Below, piece by piece: positions 28,401 through 36,823 of a stretch of DNA of 43,235 nucleotides. The stretch comes from Clostridiales bacterium DTU087 (lineage in GTDB: Bacteria; Bacillota; Limnochordia; DTU087): positions 1 to 43,235 of the forward strand of contig LFTN01000009.1 of NCBI GenBank assembly GCA_001513495.1. Reading direction: 5' to 3'. Position 1 is the stretch's first letter. The number at the start of each line of letters is the position of its first letter. Below the pieces are notes generated by a model, which was not told the DNA's origin, did not search any database, and worked only from the letters and a program-made list of their open reading frames with translations. The translations under genes were made by a program, and so were the position numbers.

Positions 28401-28901
28401 GGAACGCTCTTCATCGGTAATCTCGGCTATGGACCGCGGCTGCTCCCGAATCCTGCGTCCCTTCAATACGCCTGTGGCACCGCTATTGGCTGCTGATACT
28501 GGGGCTTTTGCCTCCGGTGCTTCCAGCACTTCACGACTGGCCCGCTCCATTACATAAGACATATAAGCAGCCTCATCGGCCATGAGCAGATCATTAATGG
28601 GCATCGCTGGGGACAGGCCTTCCTCGCCTTCAGCGATGTCGAAGGAAATCGACCGCAGCTCCGGCAGGAGCTCCACCAGGGTTTGACCTAGAGTCTCCAG
28701 TTCCCTGCGGCACACCTCTTCTCTGGCTGCCAGGCATATTTTCCATTCCCGGCGTTTACAATCGACCAGGACTCTCTCTACAACAGCTCGGGCGGCTGTA
28801 CCTTCACAGGTTACTGGAAGTTGAGCCGCCCGCAAGAAATCGGACAGGGATTGTCCCCTCGTTCGGGGAGTTACCACATATACAGTTGCATTACCAGCCA
28901 C
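25413..28901 (-). CDS. polC: DNA polymerase III PolC-type alpha subunit lacking the 3'-5' exonuclease insertion
   Basis: 1162 aa. GTG start after GGAGAGGA. PolC-specific blocks are present throughout: OB fold, VELHLHTKMSAMDG, ITDHGVVQAFPEA, PPHYVCPQCRQ zinc module, VPDIDLNFSGEYQ, GQHPGGMIVVP, LDILGHDDPT, C-terminal QLSLF. Canonical proS-polC-rimP position. No DEDD exonuclease motifs (see findings). Confidence 0.9.
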   Translation of the reverse strand: MAGNATVYVVTPRTRGQSLSDFLRAAQLPVTCEGTAARAVVERVLVDCKRREWKICLAAREEVCRRELETLGQTLVELLPELRSISFDIAEGEEGLSPAMPINDLLMADEAAYMSYVMERASREVLEAPEAKAPVSAANSGATGVLKGRRIREQPRSIAEITDEERSFVIAGEIINLEERELRSGRRLLIIELTDYRDSITLKLFEDEDAVRLAPELSRGMWLRARGPIQWDRYTQELTMLPNDLQREEPPAELVRRDEAPKKRVELHLHTKMSAMDGTVEVRDVIQLAADWGHKAIAITDHGVVQAFPEAYYAGKQAGIKILYGMEGYLVDGDDPKGPSYHVVLLAKNQQGLCNLYKLVSLSHLEFFYRRPRLPRRLIEEYREGLIIGSACEAGELYQAFLQGADRERLAEIAGFYDYLEIQPLGNNAFLVGDRVQSQADLERINREIVALGKRLGKPVAATCDVHYLHPWDEVYRRILMAGQGYEDAERQAPLFFRTTEEMLAEFAYLGQEAAEEAVIHGPNRIAEMVEDLRPVPSGLHAPTIEGAEEQIIEMTYANARELYGDPLPPLIKERVEKELNAIVGNGFAVLYLIAHKLVKKSLSDGYLVGSRGSVGSSLVATLCGVTEVNPLPPHYVCPQCRQVEFITDGSVQAGVDLPDKRCQCGMPYQKLGFDIPFEVFMGFHGEKVPDIDLNFSGEYQACVHRYTEELFGKEHVFRAGTIGTLAEKTSYGFVCQYLESKGLTARTAEINRLVRGCTGVRRTTGQHPGGMIVVPQGRDINEFSPVQYPANDAGSGTITTHFDYNAISDNLVKLDILGHDDPTMLRMLEDMTGVPVLDIPLDDPDTMSIFSSVKALGIEPDDLGTTVGTLGVPEFGTRFVRQMLEETRPASFGELVRISGFSHGTNVWTNNAQDLIKNGIADLSQAIATRDDIMNYLIQEGMEPETAFSIMERVRKGRGLRPEDVQAMETIGVPQWYIDSCRKISYLFPKAHAVAYVTMAFRIAYFKVHHPLAYYAAYFSVRAGTFEAQLISDGLPGVRAIIDSILAKGSAASAKEKSLLTVAEVVMEAMLRGIGFHSVDLYQSHPTRFLIQEERLRPPLAIVPGVGEGAALMLAQGREEGPFASWEDIRMRCGVSKTVIETLGAHGALAGLPKTSQLSLF

Positions 28902-28935
28902 TTTCAGGTTCCTCTCCAGCTGCAGTATCAGTTGC

Positions 28936-29646
28936 TTATCTAGGCCCTAAAACCTTGAGTATCTCCCAGTACATCTTGAGACGGTTCCGTGCTCCTGGAA
29001 GCAGCCCCTGCTTTTCTTCCTTCATGACGTGGGACACATCCTTGAGCAGCACCTTTTCTACCCGTATGCCGTTGGCGGCTACGTACTTAGAGATCGCTAC
29101 TTCAACCCCGTACCGGCTGTCTTCCAACTGAGGAATCTCCTCCAGGATCTTCCTGCGGATTGCCCTCTGGCCCGAAAGAAACGGCGTGATTTTCTGGGCA
29201 ATGGTAGTTGTTGCCCTTCCCCCGGCAAACACTCCGACGGTCATATCTGTCCTGCCGGAAATAACCGGCTCCAGCAGATCATGACAGTGAGTTTCAGACA
29301 ATCCAACCAGGTCTGCGTCCACAAACAGCAGGATATCTGCTGTGGTTGCCTTGGCACCGGCCTTCATCGCGCCGCCCTTGCCCCTATTGGGATAGAGGCT
29401 GATTACCCTAGCCCCGAGATCAGCAGCCACTTGAGCAGTGTGATCCGATGATCCGTCATTGACTACAATGACTTCATCAATAGCGCTAGAGCTAAGCAGA
29501 ACCTGCAGTATACCGCCGATTGTATCCTCCTCGTTGTAAGCGGGGACTACAGCAGCGACCCGATGTCTAATCTGTGCAGGATCTCCCTTATCCTCTGCTA
29601 GTAGACTTGGAATCCGCGATGGCTCTTGTGATTCGGTCTTGAACAT
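28936..29646 (-). CDS. family 2 glycosyltransferase (small, soluble type)
   Basis: VVPAYNEEDTIG..VIVVNDGSSDHT..NRGKGGA..FVDADL (DxD). 236 aa. The only ATG start (29646) overlaps the proS 3' end by 59 nt. Confidence 0.75.
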   Translation of the reverse strand: MFKTESQEPSRIPSLLAEDKGDPAQIRHRVAAVVPAYNEEDTIGGILQVLLSSSAIDEVIVVNDGSSDHTAQVAADLGARVISLYPNRGKGGAMKAGAKATTADILLFVDADLVGLSETHCHDLLEPVISGRTDMTVGVFAGGRATTTIAQKITPFLSGQRAIRRKILEEIPQLEDSRYGVEVAISKYVAANGIRVEKVLLKDVSHVMKEEKQGLLPGARNRLKMYWEILKVLGPR

Positions 29647-31318
29647 GACTCACCACTTCACTCAATGAGATTAAATGCTCTTCGCCCGTGGCTCGCCAAC
29701 GAACCTCAACCTGTCCATCAGCCAGGGCCCGGGGCCCAATGGTGATCCTGATGGGAAATCCGATTAAATCAGCATCCTTAAACTTCACACCCGGCCGCTC
29801 ATTTCTATCATCAATAATTGTCTCTACTCCAGCTTCGGTGAGGTCCTGGTAGATTCTCTCCGCTGCCTCTCTCTGCTGTTCATCTCGATAATTAACGGGA
29901 ACAACATCAACATGGAAGGGGGCAACACTGACGGGCCAGCAGATGCCGTCGACATCATGGCACTGTTCGATGATCGCTGCCATCGTCCGGCTGACTCCTA
30001 TGCCGTAGCAGCCCATGATCAGAGGCCGCTCTTCTCCATCTTCATCGGTAAACAAAGCACCCAGTGGTACACTGTACTTGGTTCCCAGTTTGAAAACCTG
30101 ACCGACTTCTATGCCCCTAGCCCCCTGGAGAACACCTTCTCCGCAATGACATGGGTCACCGGGCTGAGCCTTGCGGATATCTACTACTGCATCTGGAGTA
30201 AAATCCCGTCCCGGCTTAACACCCTGCAGGTGAACATCAACTGCGTTGCCGCCGGCAATGCCGCTTTCTATGGCCATGACCGCCGGATCGGCGATGATCT
30301 TGCAGCCTTTCAGGCCGATAGGGCCGGCAAATCCCAAGGGAGCCCCGGTTACCTCTTCGATGGTCCGTTCATCGGCCAGCTCAACTTCCAGGCAGCCTAT
30401 GGCCCTGGCAAGCTTGATTTCATTTACGGCGTGATCTCCCCGCAGTACTGCAGCTGCTACTTGGTCGCCGCCCCGGTAGATCAGAGTCTTGATCATCTCA
30501 CTGGCGGGGCGGTTAAAGAACTTCTCCAAATCTTCAATGGTCCTCATCCCCGGCGTAGCAACTTCAACCACCGGATCCTCCCGGCCAACGGGGTCGGTTG
30601 GCGGCGTGAAGCACTCAGCCTTCTCCACATTGGCTGCATAGTCGCAGCTTGAGCAGTAGACGATCTCGGCTTCGCCGGCATCGGCAATGGCCATGAACTC
30701 ATGGGTCTGATTGCCGCCAATAGCTCCCGGATCAGCCTCCACCGGCCTGGTCTTGAGGCCGCACCGGTCAAAGATCCGCTGATAGGCGTGGAACATTGTC
30801 CAATAGCTCTCATCTAGCCCCTGTTCATCACGGTCAAAGGAGTAGAGGTCCTTCATAATGAACTCTCTTCCCCGCATGACTCCAAATCGGGGGCGGATTT
30901 CGTCTCGGTATTTGTTCTGGATCTGATATAAGAGTAGAGGCAGCTGCCTATAGGAGCGCACCTCATTCCTGACTAAAGCAGTTGTGATTTCTTCATGGGT
31001 AGGCCCTAAGCAAAACAGTCGCTGGTGGCGATCGGACAGCTTAAACATCTCCTCGCCGTAATCATCCCAACGGCCTGTCTCATGCCACAACTCTGCCGGC
31101 TGGACGATGGGCAAGAGCACCTCCTGGCCTCCTGCAGCATCCATCTCCTCCCTGACGATCCGCATGATCTTCTGCAGCACCCGGTACCCCAGGGGCAGAT
31201 AGGAATATATCCCAGCTGCGACTTTTCGCATCATCGCAGCCCGCAGCATCAGTTGGTGGCTTGCGATCTCAGCTTCTGCAGGAACTTCCCGTAGAGTCGG
31301 CATCAAGAGCTTCGACAT
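29588..31318 (-). CDS. proS: proline--tRNA ligase (bacterial type with INS editing domain)
   Basis: Homologue-like start MSKLLMPTLREVPAEAE at 31318 (the ORF track begins at 31366). Class II motifs. ~576 aa. Confidence 0.95.
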   Translation of the reverse strand: MSKLLMPTLREVPAEAEIASHQLMLRAAMMRKVAAGIYSYLPLGYRVLQKIMRIVREEMDAAGGQEVLLPIVQPAELWHETGRWDDYGEEMFKLSDRHQRLFCLGPTHEEITTALVRNEVRSYRQLPLLLYQIQNKYRDEIRPRFGVMRGREFIMKDLYSFDRDEQGLDESYWTMFHAYQRIFDRCGLKTRPVEADPGAIGGNQTHEFMAIADAGEAEIVYCSSCDYAANVEKAECFTPPTDPVGREDPVVEVATPGMRTIEDLEKFFNRPASEMIKTLIYRGGDQVAAAVLRGDHAVNEIKLARAIGCLEVELADERTIEEVTGAPLGFAGPIGLKGCKIIADPAVMAIESGIAGGNAVDVHLQGVKPGRDFTPDAVVDIRKAQPGDPCHCGEGVLQGARGIEVGQVFKLGTKYSVPLGALFTDEDGEERPLIMGCYGIGVSRTMAAIIEQCHDVDGICWPVSVAPFHVDVVPVNYRDEQQREAAERIYQDLTEAGVETIIDDRNERPGVKFKDADLIGFPIRITIGPRALADGQVEVRWRATGEEHLISLSEVVSHVQDRITRAIADSKSTSRG

Positions 31319-31398
31319 TCTCAATTTCAACACCCCCGAAATCAAAACAATTGTAACAGACTGCAAGAATCCCTGTCAATATTGGGGAAAGGGCCCAA

Positions 31399-32541
31399 TT
31401 ACTGGCCTGCATCGGCCACAGCCTTGGACAGCTCTTCCACAGCCCTCACCAGTACATTCACTGCATCTTCCGCGGGAAACTGCCCCATCAGCTCACCCTT
31501 CCGGAAAAGCACAACCTTATCCCTGCCGCCGGCAATGCCGATATCTGCATCCCTGGCTTCGCCTGGCCCGTTGACAACACACCCCATCACCGCCACCTTC
31601 AGGGGGACAGTGATGCCCCGTAAGCGGTACTCGACCTGTCGGGCAATATCGATGAGGTCCATCTGGCAGCGGCCGCAGGTGGGACAGGATATGATCTCGA
31701 TGCCCCGGCGCCGCAGGTTCAAGGATTGGAGAATGCCGTAGGCGACCTGCACTTCCTCAACCGGGTCTCCGGTCAAGGACACCCGGATGGTGTCCCCTAG
31801 CCCCATTGCCAACAGGATACCGATTCCTACAGAGGATTTGATCGTCCCCTGGAAGGGGGTGCCGGCCTCAGTAATCCCCAAGTGCAGCGGGTACTTTACA
31901 CGGCGGGCCATCAATTGATAGGCCCTAACTGTAGTGGCCACATCCGACGCCTTCAGCGAGATGACAATATCATGGAAAGACTCACCTTCCAGGATTCTGA
32001 CATGCTCCAGGGCGCTCTCCACCAAGGCCTCAGGCACCCGCCCTCCATACTTGTCCAGCAGCGGCTTAGCCAGAGATCCGGCATTGACACCGATGCGAAT
32101 CGGTATGTTCCGCTCTCGAGCCGCGGATACCACCGCCTCCACCCGCCGACGGCTGCCGATATTGCCGGGGTTGATCCTCAGTTTGCTGACACCGGCTTCC
32201 ACCGCCTGCAAGGCCAGTCTATAGTCAAAGTGGATATCGGCAATCACCGGCAGGCCAGCTTCCCGGCAGATCTTCGGCAAAGCGGCCGCGGCTTTCTCAT
32301 CGGGAACCGCTACCCGCACCAGCTCACAGCCTGCTTCCTTCAGAGCGGCAATTTGGACCAAAGTGGCCTCTGCATCTCTGGTATCGGTATTGGTCATGGA
32401 CTGAACGGTAACAGGCGCACCGCCGCCGATCACCACGTCCTTGACCTTGACCGGCCGGGTACTTTCCCGGAGGACAATCTCCCCTTGGGAGCCATCTAGC
32501 TTAACCAGCAGCCCAGTCTTCTCATTCAGCCGATCATTCAA
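31399..32541 (-). CDS. ispG: 4-hydroxy-3-methylbut-2-en-1-yl diphosphate synthase
   Basis: IGGGAPVTVQSMTNTDT, RVAVPD, CPTCGRC, C-terminal GCVVNGPGEA. TTG start 9 nt after GAAGGAGGG. Confidence 0.95.
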   Translation of the reverse strand: MNDRLNEKTGLLVKLDGSQGEIVLRESTRPVKVKDVVIGGGAPVTVQSMTNTDTRDAEATLVQIAALKEAGCELVRVAVPDEKAAAALPKICREAGLPVIADIHFDYRLALQAVEAGVSKLRINPGNIGSRRRVEAVVSAARERNIPIRIGVNAGSLAKPLLDKYGGRVPEALVESALEHVRILEGESFHDIVISLKASDVATTVRAYQLMARRVKYPLHLGITEAGTPFQGTIKSSVGIGILLAMGLGDTIRVSLTGDPVEEVQVAYGILQSLNLRRRGIEIISCPTCGRCQMDLIDIARQVEYRLRGITVPLKVAVMGCVVNGPGEARDADIGIAGGRDKVVLFRKGELMGQFPAEDAVNVLVRAVEELSKAVADAGQ

Positions 32542-32634
32542 TCGCCGCAGCCCTCCTTCTTCAAGAATCTAAAAGACCCCTGGAGTATTCTGTGCCCCGG
32601 CGCAAATGAGCGGCACTTAATCGCCGCCATTGGG

Positions 32635-33675
32635 TCAGAGAATGCTCAATCGGGTCAAATCCTTATACGTGGCAAACAGCATCAAGAGCAGCAGAAAAGC
32701 CAACCCGATGAACTGCACCAGCCCCTTCTGCTCAGGCTCCAAGGGGCGTCCCCTCACTGCCTCCCAAAGGAGCATCATCAGCCAGCCTCCATCAAGAATG
32801 GGAATGGGCAGGAAGTTGAACAGCCCCAGATTGATGCTGAGCACCGCAGCCATAAACACCACAAACATGATCCCCCGGTTGGCAGACTCGCCCACTATCT
32901 GGAAGATACCGATGGGGCCTGCGATATCTGGCTCAATCCTGCCGGTAATCATCCGCACTATGGATACTACAATATCCCTCGATACAAAGTAGGTTTGCCT
33001 GAGGCCGGTAGACAAGGCTTCACCTAGAGACTGCTGGGGCTTCTCCACCATTCCGACGCCCAGCCGGGCCCGGTTAAGCTCTGGGTCCAACCTCGGTGTA
33101 ACTGCTAGACGCAGTGTCCTATCCTCCCGGACAACTGTAACGGAGATCTCTTCATTGGGGTAGCGGGCTACGATCTTGTTAATCTCGCTGATGGAGCTGA
33201 TCTTCTCGCCTGCCACCTCGGCTATCACATCGCCGGGGAGCAGTCCGATCTCAGCCGCCGGCGAGTCGGGCTCAACGACCTGAACCGTCGGCGGGATAAA
33301 GACTAAGCCCATGTATAATGCAAAGAGAAGTACAGCCAGGACAAAGTTCATGATGGGCCCTGCAGCAATTACTGCTAGCCGCTGCCCCAGGCTCTTCCTA
33401 TTAAAGCTTCCCTCATCTTCATCGGAGACTATGTCATCCTCATCCTCAGGGATGTCCATACCTGCCAGCTTGACGTACCCCCCGAAGGGCAGAAGCCGTA
33501 GACTGTAAACGGTAGCTTGTCTGCGCCTTTTCCACAAGGCAGGGCCAAACCCCAGAGCAAACTCGTAAACCTTGACTCCCATAGCCTTCGCCGCAAGGAA
33601 ATGCCCCAGCTCATGGACAAAGATTGTTGGCCCCAACACAAGCACAAAGGCTAAGAGCATGTTCAAGACAATCAT
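32635..33675 (-). CDS. rseP: RIP (site-2) zinc metalloprotease RseP/RasP, M50 family with PDZ domain
   Basis: HELGHFLAAK (HExxH) in TM1, and C-terminal NLLPIPILDGG-like FNFLPIPILDGG. Confidence 0.9.
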   Translation of the reverse strand: MIVLNMLLAFVLVLGPTIFVHELGHFLAAKAMGVKVYEFALGFGPALWKRRRQATVYSLRLLPFGGYVKLAGMDIPEDEDDIVSDEDEGSFNRKSLGQRLAVIAAGPIMNFVLAVLLFALYMGLVFIPPTVQVVEPDSPAAEIGLLPGDVIAEVAGEKISSISEINKIVARYPNEEISVTVVREDRTLRLAVTPRLDPELNRARLGVGMVEKPQQSLGEALSTGLRQTYFVSRDIVVSIVRMITGRIEPDIAGPIGIFQIVGESANRGIMFVVFMAAVLSINLGLFNFLPIPILDGGWLMMLLWEAVRGRPLEPEQKGLVQFIGLAFLLLLMLFATYKDLTRLSIL

Positions 33676-33699
33676 CCTTTCCGCCGACCGTTGATCGGC

Positions 33700-34857
33700 C
33701 TAGGTGTGACGATCGATCAGGCTCACCAGGTATTGGCGGCTGGCAGCGTCTGCCTCCAGTATATCTTCAATGTCGGGTTTCATCACCCCGCGGTGCTGTT
33801 CCAAAGCCGATTGGATCAGGCGGGGAATATCAGTAAAGCCGATCCGCCTCTCCATAAAGGCCTGGACTGCAACCTCGTTGGCCGCATTTAACACTGTAGG
33901 AAAGGTACCTCCTGCCGTCAATGCCTCATAGGCCAAGCGCAGGCAGGGAAACCGCTCAAGATCTGGAGCTTCAAAATCCAAACGGCCCGTGTCAATCAAC
34001 GAAAGGCTTTCCACGGGACTGGCGAGCCTTTCGGGAAATGTCAGTGCATACTGGATAGGCAGCCGCATATCCGCAACGCCCAGTTGAGCGATGAGACTTC
34101 CATCTCTGAGCTCAACCAACGAATGGATGATGCTCTGGGGATGGATGACAACTTCAATGCGCTCCGGCGGGAGCTGAAACAACCAGTGGGCTTCAATAAC
34201 CTCCAAGCCTTTGTTCATCAGGGTGGCGGAATCAATGGTTATCTTCCCGCCCATGTTCCAGGTGGGGTGAGCCAGGGCTTCTTCAAGGGTAACCTGCTCC
34301 AGCTCATCCTTGGAACTCTCCCGAAAGGGGCCCCCCGAAGCAGTAAGAATTATCTTGTGCAAATCTCCATCTCTCACGCCCTGAAGGCACTGGAAGATGG
34401 CGCTGTGTTCGCTGTCAACCGGCAGCAGCCGCACATCGTGCTCCCTTACTGCTTCCATTACGACACTGCCTGCAGCTACTAGTGTTTCCTTGTTTGCCAA
34501 GGCGACATCCTTCCCAGCCCTGATGGCTGCCAAGGTGGGGAGAATGCCGGCTGCCCCTACTACAGCGTTCAACACTAGATCAACGCCCTCCATTGCCGCC
34601 ATTTCTTCCATGGCACTGGGGCCTGTTAAGATTTTAAGGCCGGGCAGCTCCCGCCTTTGGAGCCTGCCGGCAGCCTGATCGCAGGCGAGGCTTACTGCCT
34701 TGGGCCGAAATTCCTCAATTTGCTCTGCCAGCAGCTCAGCATTGCTGCCGGCAGCCAAACCTACAACACGGAAGCGCTCCGGCAGCCGTCGAACTACATC
34801 CAGAGCTTGTGTCCCTATGGAGCCCGTTGAACCAAGAATGACGATTCTTAGTGCCAA
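33700..34857 (-). CDS. dxr: 1-deoxy-D-xylulose 5-phosphate reductoisomerase
   Basis: ILGSTGSIGTQALDV, LANKE, SEHSAIFQC, HPTWNMG. The ORF track starts at 34908 (TTG), overlapping the upstream gene. A TTG at 34857 or GTG at 34866 after AGAGGAG gives the usual short N-terminus. The start is uncertain. Confidence 0.93.
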   Translation of the reverse strand: MALRIVILGSTGSIGTQALDVVRRLPERFRVVGLAAGSNAELLAEQIEEFRPKAVSLACDQAAGRLQRRELPGLKILTGPSAMEEMAAMEGVDLVLNAVVGAAGILPTLAAIRAGKDVALANKETLVAAGSVVMEAVREHDVRLLPVDSEHSAIFQCLQGVRDGDLHKIILTASGGPFRESSKDELEQVTLEEALAHPTWNMGGKITIDSATLMNKGLEVIEAHWLFQLPPERIEVVIHPQSIIHSLVELRDGSLIAQLGVADMRLPIQYALTFPERLASPVESLSLIDTGRLDFEAPDLERFPCLRLAYEALTAGGTFPTVLNAANEVAVQAFMERRIGFTDIPRLIQSALEQHRGVMKPDIEDILEADAASRQYLVSLIDRHT

Positions 34858-34889
34858 CTTATTCACCACTCCTCTGTTCAAGACCGCGT

Positions 34890-35942
34890 TCAGCCTTCCT
34901 GCTTCCAAGCAGGGATGAAGATAACCACCATGATGGCTTTGAGAACTACCATAATCAGCGGGCCGAGGATAAACCCGCTAACACCCAGCAGCCTGATCCC
35001 CAGATAGACTGCTGTCAGCGATGTCAAGGGATGGAGCCCCAATTGGGCACCGACGATCCTAGGCTCTGCCAGCTGCCGGCTCACCAGAATTACCCCCAGA
35101 ATCACTGTTAACCAAACGGCATAGGCTATGTTCCCCATGAAAAGGTAGTAGACTATCATGGGAACAAAGATGGCGCTGGGTCCGATCATAGGCAGGAAGT
35201 CAAACAGGGCCACCAAAAGGCCCAGCAGCCAAGCATAGCGGATCCGCAGGGCAGTAAGGCCGATTACTGCCAAGGAGCCTGACAAGCTGATCAACGTCAA
35301 TTGAGACCGTAAGAAGCCGAAGATCCCATTAGCCACTTGATCCTTGACATGCTGAGCCTTTGGGCGCCAGCTTTTCGGAACCAGACTCATGAAAAACTCA
35401 CCGAAAAGCCGCTTGTCCCGGCTCATGAAGAATGTAGCGATACTGGCGATGACCACCGTAAGCCCGAAATTCGGCAGCCCACTCAAGCTGCTCAGCACCC
35501 AGCCCCCTACCATTCTCAGGGTATCTGTAACCTGATCAAGTTCAGGCTGCACCGCTTCCGCGATGGGAGCCGGTATTTCAGCAAAGATCACCAACAGCAG
35601 GTTCTCAACCCTGGAAAACAGGTTCCTCAGCCACTCCTCCCAGAAGGTACTGTAGCGAGGCAAGAGCGAGAGGAAATGGGTCACCTCAGCGGTCAAATTG
35701 GTAACCAGGAGAAAGACAATTAAGGCAAGGGCAACGACAAACAGCAGGAGTACCAGAAGGACCGAAAACCCTCTGGAAATGGGGAGCCGTTTCTCTAACA
35801 TATTAACAAAAGGATCAATGATTGCGGCAAAGATCAGTGCCAGCAAGAAAGGAGCAAGATACTGGAGGGCATACCTGGTCGCAACAAGAATGCCAGCTAT
35901 TACCAGTACCAGGGAAATCAGCAATTTTAGGCGCCGATTCAC
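34890..35942 (-). CDS. AI-2E family transporter (PerM/YtvI-like integral membrane protein)
   Basis: ~350 aa and polytopic. N-terminal block LAPFLLALIFAAIIDPFVNMLEKRLPISRG is typical of UPF0118/AI-2E. The GTG at 35942 lies 8 nt after GGAGG, whereas the ORF-track start at 35951 abuts the SD. Confidence 0.7.
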   Translation of the reverse strand: MNRRLKLLISLVLVIAGILVATRYALQYLAPFLLALIFAAIIDPFVNMLEKRLPISRGFSVLLVLLLFVVALALIVFLLVTNLTAEVTHFLSLLPRYSTFWEEWLRNLFSRVENLLLVIFAEIPAPIAEAVQPELDQVTDTLRMVGGWVLSSLSGLPNFGLTVVIASIATFFMSRDKRLFGEFFMSLVPKSWRPKAQHVKDQVANGIFGFLRSQLTLISLSGSLAVIGLTALRIRYAWLLGLLVALFDFLPMIGPSAIFVPMIVYYLFMGNIAYAVWLTVILGVILVSRQLAEPRIVGAQLGLHPLTSLTAVYLGIRLLGVSGFILGPLIMVVLKAIMVVIFIPAWKQEG

Positions 35943-36029
35943 CCACACCACCTCCTAGGCGGGAGAACTCGCTTTGAATCTGAAACCCTGACAATCAGCA
36001 TATTCCCCCAGGGGCTTCCTAGAACTACT

Positions 36030-36818
36030 TCAGCCAATCCATTTGCTGAGGTAGTACACCACCGGTACAGTAAACAACAAACTGTCGATTCGGTCCAACA
36101 CACCTCCGTGCCCCGGCAGGATCCAGCCAGCATCTTTGACGCCGGCCTCCCTCTTGAGGGCAGACTCGAAAAGATCTCCCACTCCAGCAGCAATCCCGAT
36201 GACGATACCCAAAACCCACCCAGGCAGCAAGCCTATCTGCAGGCGGTTGTTCACATATTGAGCAGCCAGCGCAGCAAGGAGAATGCCTCCAACGGCCCCT
36301 TCTACCGATTTGTTGGGGCTGATGGCAGGTGCCAGCTTGTGGCGCCCCCACTTGGTACCGATAAAATAAGCACCGGTATCAGCAGCCCATGTTCCCAGCA
36401 TGACCAGAAGCAGCAGCGCTAGTCCCTGGGGCTCAGCTCTCAGCAGCAAGAAATGACTGGGGAGAAAGGCCCCGTACAAGATAGCCAGCATCAGCATGCC
36501 TCCCCGGCTGAAGGGTCTTGCCGACGCCGAAAACAGTTCTAGAATCGCCCCCAAAAGAAAAAGCACAAGCAGCATCGGGGCAAGGAACACATCGCCTTTG
36601 AGATAGACGGCGGTCAGCAGCACCGCTGACCCCATACAGAGGAAGGGCCCGGAAACCGCCATGTTCATCTCTACCATCATTACCCGCAGTTCAAACACGG
36701 CAACAAGACTTGCAGCTAACACCAAGATGAAAAAGGGTGCCCCGCCCCAGTACAGGCAGCCTAAAGCTACCGGAATGGCGAGTACAGCAGTCAGCACCCG
36801 TTTTGTGAGGGAAGACAT
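36030..36818 (-). CDS. cdsA: phosphatidate cytidylyltransferase
   Basis: 262 aa membrane protein. C-terminal signature SALKREAGVKDAGWILPGHGGVLDRIDS. Confidence 0.9.
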   Translation of the reverse strand: MSSLTKRVLTAVLAIPVALGCLYWGGAPFFILVLAASLVAVFELRVMMVEMNMAVSGPFLCMGSAVLLTAVYLKGDVFLAPMLLVLFLLGAILELFSASARPFSRGGMLMLAILYGAFLPSHFLLLRAEPQGLALLLLVMLGTWAADTGAYFIGTKWGRHKLAPAISPNKSVEGAVGGILLAALAAQYVNNRLQIGLLPGWVLGIVIGIAAGVGDLFESALKREAGVKDAGWILPGHGGVLDRIDSLLFTVPVVYYLSKWIG

Positions 36819-36823
36819 CTGCT

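Noticed and set aside
29912-30652. 246-aa plus-strand ORF antisense to proS (similarly 31882..32499 antisense to ispG, 7525..8103 and 8211..8873 antisense to pdp/deoB)
   Set aside because: Each is fully nested in a strongly supported conserved gene on the opposite strand. There are no start signals and no recognisable motifs.
31319-31398. Looked for a T-box leader upstream of proS
   Set aside because: Only ~80 nt separate ispG and proS, which is too short for a T-box (~200+ nt). No specifier/T-box sequence was seen, so proS appears co-transcribed with ispG.
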